The position numbers and the translations under genes were made by a program. The notes under the pieces were generated by a model. It was not told where the DNA came from, did not search any database, and worked only from the letters and a program-made list of their open reading frames with translations. From NCBI RefSeq assembly GCF_006345805.1, contig NC_042997.1, forward strand, positions 34,658,001-34,722,000: a stretch of DNA of 64,000 nucleotides, in the 5' to 3' direction. The first letter of the stretch is position 1; each line of letters begins with the position of its first letter. Of the stretch, positions 10,418 through 20,785 are shown piece after piece. Source of the stretch: Octopus sinensis (Eukaryota).

Positions 10418-12077
10418 TATTTCTTTATTACCCACCAGGGGCTACGAAGAATGGCGGAACATAACAAAACATGGGAGACATAGAACAATATGATTAAATT
10501 TATGAGCAAATGAAAATGAAAAATGATAATATGAAAGCGATGCTAACGGCCCCCTCCGCCAGCATCACTTACCTGTCCTTTTGTTTTCACTGTCACCTGA
10601 ATGTTCATTCCCAATACGAAGACCATCCATATCCATTCTTACTCCGAAACTGTCCTCCATATATTCCACGAATTCATCGCTCATTCTTGTATCTTTCACC
10701 TCCCAATTCTCCCTTTCACACCTCAACACAAACTCATCTATATTATTTCTTTCCAGCACTGCATATCTGGTCCCATCCATTTCATACCATTCATACTCCT
10801 CCATTACCCTTTCAACCTCTTTCTGTTCAGTCACAATATAAATGTTCGGCCTGGGTTCGTTTTCAAACTCTTGTCTGTCTGTATTGTTATTTTTCTTTGT
10901 TTTTCTTGTTGGAGGGGAGCGGGTGGGTTCACGTCTGCAGGGGAAGGGTAGGATTCAGAGGGTGGGTGGTGTTGGGGTGGGTTGGGGCTTCGCACAGTTT
11001 TTCTTTTTCTTTCTTTTTTTCTCTTTTTTTTTCCTTCTTCCCACTCTTGTTGCATCTCCTCTTCTTCTGTCGTTTCTTTTTCCTTTGGTTCTCTTTGGTT
11101 TCTTCCTCTTTTGGGGCTTCCGCGACGATTTCCTTTTCTTTTTCCTTAGTGGTGGAGGGCAGTAGGCTCTTATGTGACCCCTCAGGCCACACTTGTAGCA
11201 CCTGGGCGCCTACCCTCCACCCACACTCTCATAATAATATTCCAGTTTTTATACTGTCCGTAAGCTTTTCTATAACTTCCGCCTCCGTCTGTATGTTCAT
11301 TACTAGTGTGGCACCTCTCACGCCTTCATATTCATAATGGCGTGGAGGATGTCCACTTTATCTTCATTTCCTTTGATAACCGCAGCCGTTATTAATTCGC
11401 CCTCTAGGTGTGGAGGTATTCCTTCACCCTAATTCTGGTGGTCCTTCTATTCAAATACGAGGGGAACAAGTAAACTTTTTGTACTCACCACCTTGGCTGC
11501 TATATTCCTGGCTGCTTTCTCACTTTTAAATTGTACCGTTATGGTTCCATATTCTAATCCTTTTGTCATGTACACAATTTCTTCTCCGTCCGTTTGAAAG
11601 CCTCTTCAATTCCTTCCATGTTAATCACTTCCATTTTTCTACCTCCATTCATAAATACTTTATATTTAATGGTTCTACGATGGAACCAGTCTCCGCGCCC
11701 TGCTAGAGGCAACAGCTCAACCTCTCCGTTCTCCTCCTCCTTCATGAACTCCTGGAAGTCCGTCAACTTAGCCAGGTCTATCTCTTTTTCTGTTGACTTC
11801 TTCGTTATACCTGCATAGGTGCTTTCCATTTTTTTCACCGCCAACTCCTCATCAGATGTCGACGAATTTTCAGAGAAATTTCTCCCTTCCATCTCATCCG
11901 TTTGGTAGAGGCGGCTCATAGTCGCCTCAGACCGAAAAACGGCCCCTCCCGAACAGAAAACGTGCGACGCACAGAACCAGTGCGACGCGAAACCGCACCA
12001 ACCGACGTTCCAATTCCGCAACCACAATTCACTTTTTGTTGTTTTTCTTTTTTAACGAATTTTACAGAGCGCAAAAA
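10418..12077 (-). mobile_element. ORF1-only Tx1-like element (unit 1, HAL1-like) with LINE 3' tail
   Basis: ORF1 is followed by a ~145-nt 3' UTR ending GTAGCCCCTGGTGGGTAATAAAGAAA. No ORF2 sequence. Confidence 0.8.
10565..11919 (-). CDS. ORF1 of unit 1 (~450 aa, many 1-bp frameshifts as assembled)
   Basis: MSRLYQTDE..TIKYKVF../YMTKGLEYGTITVQFKSEKAA../PSYLNRRTTRIRVK/IPPHLEGELITAAVI../knuckle CYKCGLRGHIRAYC at 11159-11200/..EYEWYEMDGTRYAVLE.. Confidence 0.78.
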
Positions 12078-12190
12078 AACGCGACCTTTTTTCTCTACAT
12101 TGTATACTTTATAGACAATAGTCTTTTCTTTAATTTAATTTTTTATTATCCATCTGGACTATTCCATTTCTGCACGCTAATTTTATTTCA
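12078..12190 (-). pseudogene. Host Tx1-like element: 5' half of the interrupted ORF1
   Basis: 12134-12078 translates to IKEKTIVYKVYNVEKKGRV, matching IEKKRIIYKTYDTTKK (unit 3) and RRTIKYKVF (unit 1). It joins MEESTFEKC at 3239 with the conserved Tyr-to-Cys spacing of 21 residues. Confidence 0.7.
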
Positions 12191-12387
12191 ATTTATTCCC
12201 ATTCATGTGAAACCACTTACTCAAGTTCAAGTCATTGATGCAATTTTATACCAATTGCTATTTTTACTTTTGTTATGTTACTACATATAATTCAATTGTT
12301 ATTATTATTTTTATTGTTAAAGTGAAAGTATTTGACATAAAATAGAGAAATGTTTTTGTTTCACTTTTAAAACGTAATACTGAAATA

Positions 12388-12724
12388 GTGGAGAAGATAT
12401 GATATTGCTATGGGCTCGCTCTATGCAAGAAGTTGAACATTTCTTTTTGCCCATGAGACTACATGAAACCTAAGTAAGGCATGTGTAAAATTTGAATGGA
12501 ATTGGTTGTGTAGTTCTCAAGTTTTAGGGAATCGTAGTGGAGAAGATATGATATTGCTGTGGGCTAGCCCTTGGCAAAAAGTTCAAAACTCTTTTTGCCG
12601 ATGGCACTCCCCGGACCCGAAGTAAGGCATGTATAAAATTTAAATGAAATTGGTTGTGTAGTTCTCAAGTTTTAGGGAAACACACAGACAGACAGACACT
12701 TTCTCAGTTTTATATGTATAAAGA
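12388..12724 (-). mobile_element. Non-autonomous Helitron-like element, 5' part, with a ~149-bp internal tandem duplication
   Basis: Minus strand begins A|TCTTTATACATATAAAACTG..GTCTGTCTGTCTGTGTGT. The repeat unit 'gtggagaagatatgatattgc' occurs at 12388 and 12537. No 3' CTAG end seen. Confidence 0.55.
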
Positions 12725-12740
12725 TATTATGTATGTATAC

Positions 12741-12787
<47 letters not shown>

Positions 12788-12925
12788 ATATATTATATAT
12801 ATATATAATATATATATTATATATATAACGGGAAGCTTTATGAAAATAGACAAAAGACGAAGGCAGGTGGAAAACAAACAAACAATTGTATTAGTATGGC
12901 GCTCAGGAAGTATAAATAAAACAAG

Positions 12926-12963
12926 TCTTTAACGTTTCGAGCCTACGCTCTTCAACAGAAAGA
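12926..12963 (-). ncRNA. Minimal hammerhead-like motif (core CUGUUGA)
   Basis: TCTTT-CTGTTGA-A-GAGC-GTAG-GCTC-GAAAC-GTTA-AAGA. Confidence 0.55.
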
Positions 12964-13980
12964 TACACAGAGAGAAAAAAACACAGAAAGAAGGAGAGAA
13001 AAAAAATGCGTGCAGTAACTAACGAACCAACATGGCGATCTGATTTCGGCCAGAAGTCAAAGATCAAGCATGAGACGCGAGAGCGAAATTAGGGGAGATA
13101 ATAGGGTTGAGTGACCAGCTCCAACATAAGGGTGTGTGTGTGTGTGTGTGTATGAGAGAGTATTAGTGCGTATGAGAGGTCTGGACGTGTGTATGTATAG
13201 GGTTGGTGTATGTATTAGTATGTATTAGTATGTATTAGTACGTATTAGTATGTATAAGGGTGTGTGTATGAGAGAGTATTAGTGCGTATGAGAGGTCTGG
13301 ACGTGTGTATGTATAGGGTTGGTGTATGTATTAGTATGTATTAGTATGTATTAGTTGGTGTATGTATTAGTATGGCACATCATATATGATGTGATGTGTA
13401 AAGTCGTGTGGTGGTAGTGTGGAGAGAGAGGAGAAGAGGGGAGGAGGAAGGAGGGGGAGAGAGGGGAGGGGGAGAAGGAAGGAGGAACGGGGGAGAGGGG
13501 GAGAGAGAAGGGGAGTGAGGGAGCAGAGGGAAGGGGAAGAGGGAAGGAGGGAGGGAGAAAGAGGGAAGAAGGCAAGGGGAGTAGGGGTGAAAGGATGAAG
13601 GACTGAAGAATTAGGGGTCGGGGGGGAAGTAGGAGAGGGGTTAGATGAGGAGGGGGGGGAGAGTTGAGACCAAATGGCGTATAAGAGCGAAGAGAGAAGA
13701 TTAATTCCTGTTCACGGCGCAAACGGGACTCCGGATGGCCTCTGTGTAAGGACAAACCGAACACAGATAGGTGTTGCAAGGAGTGACCGGTGGAGCGGAA
13801 ATGGCGAGAGACCGGTGTGTCGTTCGCAAGGTGGATGTCACGAAGGTGTTCCGCGAACCGGTATATATATATGTATATATATAACGGGAAGGTTTACGAA
13901 AATAAACAAAAGACGAAGGCAGGTGGAGTACAAACAAACAATTGTATTAGTATGGCGCTCAGGAATAGAAATGAAACAAG

Positions 13981-14018
13981 TCTTTTACGTTTCGAGCCTA
14001 CGCTCTTCGACAGAAAGA
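13981..14018 (-). ncRNA. Minimal hammerhead-like motif (core CUGUCGA)
   Basis: TCTTT-CTGTCGA-A-GAGC-GTAG-GCTC-GAAAC-GTA-AAAGA, with perfect stems I and II and palindromic ACGT stem III. Confidence 0.6.
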
Positions 14019-14312
14019 TACACAGAAAAGAAACAAGGAGAGAAACAAGGAAAGAAAGATAATATATGAGAAAATAAAACGAAAGGGACAGTTTATACGA
14101 ACAAATCCAAGGTTAAAAATGTATAGACGTCGTGGTATATTTTAAGGATTTCACATCAATAACAAAGTCACTTTGATCCGTGAAGTGCAGCCAGAAGGTA
14201 GGTGTCCTTAGAGGTAAGAAAATCCAATGGAGAGGTAGTGGTACTGGTAGAATATAGCATAAAAGCGTGATCACGTGAGCGCGTGATATATAACGGGAAG
14301 GTTTATATATAT

Positions 14313-14378
<66 letters not shown>

Positions 14379-14412
14379 TATATATACATATATATGTATA
14401 TATATACATATA

Positions 14413-14570
14413 TACGACGGGCTTCTTTCAGTTTCCGTCTACCAAATCCACTTACAAGGCTTTGGTCGGCCCGAGGCTATAGTAGAAGACACTCGCCCAA
14501 GGTGCCACGCAGTGGGACTCAACCCTGAACCATGTGGTTCGTAAGCAAGCAACTTACCACACCGCCACTC
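14413..14570 (-). mobile_element. tRNA-derived CORE-like SINE (family A), 5' half
   Basis: tRNA-like head plus 'caccttgggcgagtgtcttctactatagcc'; multiple copies in this window. Confidence 0.8.
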
Positions 14571-14607
14571 TTACACCTGGTACTTACCACACAGTCACTC
14601 CTACGCC

Positions 14608-14668
<61 letters not shown>

Positions 14669-15097
14669 TACATACATTTCGCCTAGCAAATTATTTTATT
14701 TGCTAAAAAATTTGAAACCTAGGTATAACCGTAAAAAAATAACATGGTAAAAGTTTTTATTCTTCATTCCCTTCGAAATTGATCTTAAATGTGGTTTTGG
14801 TCGTTTTGACTGCTTCTTCTAGCGTGTAAAATTACATGGTAAAGGTAGTTTCTCTTGTGTTTAAATGTACACTATTGTATATTGAGAATATGTTGTCTAT
14901 TGACTTTTTATACATGCTAGGCCACTGGTGGTGAAATTTCTAAAAATATTCACCATCCTATATATATTTTACATTCATACATATACAAATTTATATAAAT
15001 AAGGATGAGATCGTTATTTAAAATACCGATCATATCAGGTGGCTAGCATGAGAATAAAAAGCTCATAGGTAATAATTATTATTAAAATTATAATTAA

Positions 15098-15259
15098 GGA
15101 TATTTAAGAGATACCACCATGCTAGATGTAGCAACCAAAACTTGACTCTAAACCACATTAAATGTTCATACAGCACCAGGTACTGTATGAACATTTAATG
15201 TGGTTTTAGAGTCAAGTTTTGGCTGCGATATCTAGCATGGTGGTATCTCTTATATACCC
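15098..15259. mobile_element. Near-perfect palindromic MITE flanked by TTAA
   Basis: TTAA at 15094-15097 and 15260-15263; ~80-bp arms around a 3-nt loop near 15178. Confidence 0.7.
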
Positions 15260-15341
15260 TTAATTATAATTTGACACACACACACACACACACCACACAC
15301 ATATATATATGTATGTATATATATATGTATACATACATACA

Positions 15342-15396
<55 letters not shown>

Positions 15397-15458
15397 ATAT
15401 ATATATATATGCAATAAAGGGTGGAATATAATTAATTTAATAAAATTAATCAATTTCA

Positions 15459-15563
<105 letters not shown>

Positions 15564-15579
15564 CGTACATACATACATA

Positions 15580-17103
15580 TATAACCTCCACATCGTGCAA
15601 ATGATGTATCGGTCACCGCGGTGCTGGAGAGGATAGAGTTTCAATGCTATAAGGCAGTCTCAATGATCATGATCAGTCATGCCCTTTATTCTTTTAGTCA
15701 ATGAACTCTGAGGTGATTCAATTTTAGATATGTTTTGTTTTGTATGGGGAGACCATAGGGGGCAGCGGTATTCGAGATGTAGCTGTTCAAAGGACGAGAA
15801 AAGAGGAATCATGGTATCTTGTTCTCTGGGCCGGAAGGTGCATAGGATATCCAGGAGCTCATCCTTCGACCTATATCGACTTTATTGTTTGAGTGAGCAC
15901 TCCAGCTGACTTTGTTATCAACAATCACTCTAAGTTCTCTGATATTATTAGATGCCCTGAAGAAAGAGAGTATGGCTGTTTCAGCATAGTCTTTTTTCCA
16001 AATTTTCCCTCGTTTTAGTTGCATTTTCTTTTTGTCAACCCATTGACTCTCAGCATGTAGATCAGAATGGAGTTCAGTTCGGTCTTCTTCTCCATTGATA
16101 ATTTTCTGGAGCTTGGAGTCATCAACGAATATTTTTACTTTACTGTATTTTATGACGCTAGAAAGGTCAAATATGTAGACTATAAAGAGTAGCTAGCCCA
16201 AGACAGTAGCCTGATGGACACCACTGGTGACTTTTGCTGGGCTTGAGTGGATTCCACCGATCACAATACTCAATCCAGTGTAGTAGTTTCCCACGGATTC
16301 CAACATTTGACAATTTTGACTGTAGGATATTATGGTCAACTCTGTCGAACGCTCTACTGAAGTCAAGATATATGACATCAGATTTCGAATCTGATCCCAA
16401 GGCTAAAAGGATATCATCAATAAGAGCTGAGTTGGACAGTCCCTGCCGCAGCGAAAGCTATGCTGGTTTGACATTAGGAGATTGAGGCTTTCCAGGAAGC
16501 CAGCTATCCTTGATCACACCACCCTTTCAAACACTTTAATAATATGGGAGGTGAGTGAGATTGGGTGATAGTTGACTGCGAGGGATCTGTTTCCCTGTTT
16601 GAAAAACGGGATAACAAACTGGGATAAGAGCTGTTTCGGTGTATAACCTGAGTCTAAAAAATTTCTCTAGAAGTTGGTCAGAGGACTGCAAGTTGGTACC
16701 TACATTCCTTCAGGAGACTAACGGGGAATCTATCAGGGCCCACAACAGAATAGTATTTGATCTTATTTATTGCTGCTATGATGTGTGAAGCAATAATGGT
16801 GATGTCCGAGATTATATGCTGGGAAACGATTTCGTTCACTTCACTTGCGTCAATATCAGTGGGATCACTAAAGACAGAGCAGTATTGTTTCTGCAGTACT
16901 CTTTACTCTTTTACTTGTTTCAATCATTTGACTGCGGCCATGCTGGAGCACCACGACCCCGGGACTTATTCTTTGTAAGCCCAGTACTTATTCTATCGGT
17001 CTCTTTTGCCGAACCGCTAAGTGACGGGGACGTAAACACACCAGCATCGGTTGTCAAGCAATGCTAGGGGGACAAACACAGACACACAAACACATACACA
17101 CAA

Positions 17104-17140
<37 letters not shown>

Positions 17141-18540
17141 CATATATACGACAGGCTTCTTTCAGTTTCCGTCTACCAAATCCACTCACAAGGCATTGGT
17201 CGGCCCGGGGCTATAGCAGAAGACACTTGCCCAAGATGCAACGCAGTGGGACTGAACCCGGAACCATGTGGTTGGTTAGCAAGCTACTTACCACACAGCC
17301 ACTCCTGCTATTTCTTTAGCATCGTTATGGTGAATGCCGTTATCATCGATAAATGGACCACTGGGTGAGATGGCGGCCCTTTGCTTATTTGCATATGACT
17401 AGAACACTTTTGGTCTCTGTTTGATTATTTTGATTACCCACATTTCTTCTGCAACTCTTTGATTTTCAATTCAGGTTCTCATGTTGGTCTGCAGATAAAG
17501 CTTTTCCAACTCCAGCCTTTTCATTGTTGTTGAATGTAGATGTTGTATGTAGGAGTATTTTAATTGGTTGATTATTTTTATTAAGTCTTTTGGGGTGCCT
17601 GATGAGTGTTCTTTTTCTCTCTTGGAAGCCAGTTTCCGTTTGTGTTAGTGGATTTCATAGGAGCATGTCTTGAGCATGTGTATGTGACAATGTCCTCAAA
17701 GTACTGCCACGTGGCTTCAATGTCAGTGGAGCTGAGAGTGAAAGACCAGTCGATAAAGGACAGGTCATTTGTGCTTGCTCCCCACTCAGCTTTGTGGAAG
17801 TATATGTTGTCAAATAAGTGCTGTGGAGTGTGACTGGCTGGTTTGGTTTTGATACGGCGGAAATAAATGCTGTAGAGTATCATGTTGTTGTCTGAGAGGA
17901 GAATCTTTTCAATTGAAATCCTGTGAATGGAGCTTGAGTGGTTTATTAATATTAGATCCAAGATCCTTTTATTCTGTCTTGTTGGTTCGAGCACTAGCTG
18001 TGTCAGGAAAAATTCATCCATTAGATTAAAGAGTAATTCTGTTGCTGCTTTGTCTGGTGTAGTGAAGTTGCATAACTTCAGAATATTTGTGAGCTAGTTT
18101 ACATAAGGGAGGTTTAAATCACCCATAATTGTATGTTTCCAGAGTCGGAGTTTTAATAGAAGGACTTGATTTTGTTGAGGCATTCTTCAAAGCACTTTAG
18201 AGGTTCTTAGGGAGACCCGTAGAGACCAACATTGATTATGTCGTTGGCCTTGTAGTGATATGGATTCACAGTAACCATTTGAAAATATGTCCTTGGCATC
18301 AACTGAAAAAGAGTCATGGAGAAAGATAGCTGTTCCTCCTTTATTTCGGTTTGTGCAATTTTCACGGATGATGGTGAATTTTTTAATTTTGACTGTAGGA
18401 TATTATGGTCAACTCTGTCGAACGCTCTACTGAAGTCAAGATATATGACATCAGATTTCGAATCTGATCCCAAGGCTAAAAGGATATCATCGATAAGAGC
18501 ATGGCATCCATGTGAGTGCTGTTTAGGTAAGTTTTAGTAA
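15580..18540 (-). mobile_element. Decayed CR1-clade LINE (EN and RT remnants) with a nested SINE
   Basis: MGDLNLP, FLTQLVLEPTRQNKRILDLIL, GPDRFPVSLLKEC, DVIYLDFSRAFDRVDH, VTSGVHQATVLG, IFVDDSK, YRCPLWSPH. Many stops and frameshifts. Confidence 0.85.
16898..17308 (-). mobile_element. Full-length SINE family A with internal (TA)/(TG) microsatellite, nested in CR1
   Basis: Head, CORE-like part, microsatellite and 3' part 'ggtgctccagcatggccgcagtcaaatgattgaaacaagtaaaag' are all present. Confidence 0.85.
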
Positions 18541-18595
18541 GGATAAAGAAAGGGATGCAGTGCGCCGTTTTGGCAAGCCAACTCTCAGGAGTAAC

Positions 18596-20110
18596 TTCTA
18601 TCTGTTTACACTCTAATACCTTTCTCTCTCTATCACCCTTTATAATCCCACTCCTACCTTCAAATTATCTCCACTGACCACTAACTGGTACACTTTCTCT
18701 TATCTATATCTTTATTTTTCTTTTCCTTTCTTTCCTTTATTCCTCTCTTCCTGTTTTTTTAATTTTTTCATTATTTCATTATTTAATGAAGACAGGCAAA
18801 TACCTAGAAACTGCAGTCCGTGCATGTCACTTAGGGTTACGAGAGAGGGATGACCTCCCTTTGCAAATACCATAAGGGCACAGAAAGTGTGCCTAAAGCC
18901 AGCTGGAGACGATGTTCTCCTGGGGCTACAAGCTACAGTAACACCCACCCTTAGTGGTTAACCATATTGAGATGGCTAGTATACTTTACATTATTTAATT
19001 ATTTTCTTCTTACTTTCTTCTCCTCTCTTATTTCTCTTATTCATCTTCTTTCTCTTTTTCTCTTTCTTTATTCCTTTTGCAGTAAATCACTAAATCATCC
19101 ATAACTTTTGTATTATTCTCTCAAATTACACCAAAATCTCATCTCAGACAATAACAAATAATATCGTATTTATTGTCTGTGAAAATTATAGAATATAAAA
19201 CAACTTTGATAAAAAATTATACCTACTTTTCTGACGAAAAGAATGCCGTTCTGAACATTCTGGCCGCAACTGTATATATACGTCTAATATATACATATGT
19301 ATACATCTTCACGTATATATTTTCTTATATTACTTATTACAACCTGCCAAACCATTTAAATTCCTAAATTCTTCATTCCTTACTGCCAACACCCTCTGCG
19401 CCCCATCACTTAGTCTCTATCACTACACATTTGTCACTCCTTTACCTTTTATCTCCCCACATTCCTTCTATCTTTTTACACTCTGATATCTTTCTCTCTC
19501 TCTATCAACCTTTATCTCCCCACTCCTACTTTCAAATTATCTCCACTGACCACTAACTGGTACACCTTCCCTTATCTATATCTTTCATTTTCCTTTTCTT
19601 TCTCTTTCTTTCCTTTATTCCTCTCTTCCTGTTTTTTATTCTTTAATTTCTATTATTGTATTATTTTTCTTCTTACTTTCTTCTCCTCTCTTATTTCGCT
19701 TTTTTTTTCTTCCTTTTCTCTTTCTTTATTCCCCTCGTCCTGTTTTCGATTTGACCCTACTAATACACACCCTATTTTTAGGTCACTTTAAATAAAACCC
19801 TTGATTCATTAACACTTTGTATAAACTCTATACTTGGAATGACCAATTTTAAATACTATTGGATTTTACTCATAAGGTATTGGAATCTTATATGTATATC
19901 ATTCTGCCTAAGAAATGGATCTAAAAAGACAATATCCCTACATATCTCACATCTATTTTGTATCTTATCTAAATTAACTATTGCTTAACCATCGTCTCAC
20001 ACCGTCTCCGATGAAGGGATATAGTAAATATCCTGGAAACTGCTGTAAGACCTTCTATCTATAAATGTTCTAAGATTTACACATCCTTGTTTTTTTTTTA
20101 TTTCATTACG
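18596..20110 (+). repeat. Rearranged Penelope 3' UTR / pseudo-LTR fragments (same family as 517-1720)
   Basis: Two copies of the 'caaattatctccactgaccactaactggtacac' block and terminal homology to 1330-1700. Confidence 0.7.
20004..20051 (+). ncRNA. Minimal hammerhead-like motif (core CCGAUGA)
   Basis: GTCT-CCGATGA-AG-GGATAT-AGTAA-ATATCC-TG-GAAAC-TGCT-GTA-AGAC. Stem I is GTCT/AGAC and stem II has 6 Watson-Crick pairs. Confidence 0.6.
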
Positions 20111-20309
20111 AAAAAACAATTATATACACACGCTGACATGGGACCAACGTTGAACACTTTATTAGCATAATCACCAAACCTGGAACTTAATTATGGTCTA
20201 TCTATAGCACTTATTCAGCATTACTTGACACTTTTGGGTCTCAATGACACCATTACCTCTCATAACCTATACACACACACACACACGCACACACACACAC
20301 ACACACACG

Positions 20310-20342
<33 letters not shown>

Positions 20343-20343
20343 C

Positions 20344-20542
20344 TTTTACTTTTTTACTCTTTTACTTGTTTCAGTCATTTGACTGCTGCCATGCTGGAGC
20401 ACCGCCTTTGGTCAAGTAAATCGACCCCGGGACTTATTCTTGTAAGACCAGTACTTATTCTATCGGTCTCTTTTGCCGAACCGCTAAGTGACAGGGACGT
20501 AAACACACCAGCATCGTTGTTCAAGCAATGCTAGGGGGACAA

Positions 20543-20575
<33 letters not shown>

Positions 20576-20785
20576 ATAATATTATATATATTATATATAT
20601 ATATATATATATACGAGAAGGCTTCTTTCAGTTTCCGTCTACCAAATCCACTCACAAGGCTTGGTCGGTCGGGGCCGGGGCTATAGCAGAAGACACTTGC
20701 CCAAGATGCCACGCAGTAGGACTGTGAACCCAGAGAACATGTGGTTGGTTAGCAAGCACTACTTACACAAAGCCACTCCTGCGCC
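20344..20785 (-). mobile_element. Full-length SINE family A with internal microsatellite
   Basis: Colinear with 16898-17308. Confidence 0.85.

Larger units (their letters stand above)
12826..14300 (-). mobile_element. Truncated Penelope-like element in pseudo-LTR / endonuclease C-terminus / pseudo-LTR arrangement
   Basis: 13862-13655 translates to RFAEHLRDIHLANDTPVSRHFRSTGHSLQHLSVFGLSLHRGHPESRLRREQELIFSLRSYTPFGLN (GIY-YIG C-terminus). ~165-bp direct repeats start at 12826 and 13882. Confidence 0.85.

Noticed and set aside
7097-11337. Plus-strand F/L/S-rich ORFs (7097-7510, 7392-8033, 9046-9608, 10510-11337)
   Set aside because: They are antisense shadows of the purine-rich ORF1 linkers on the minus strand.
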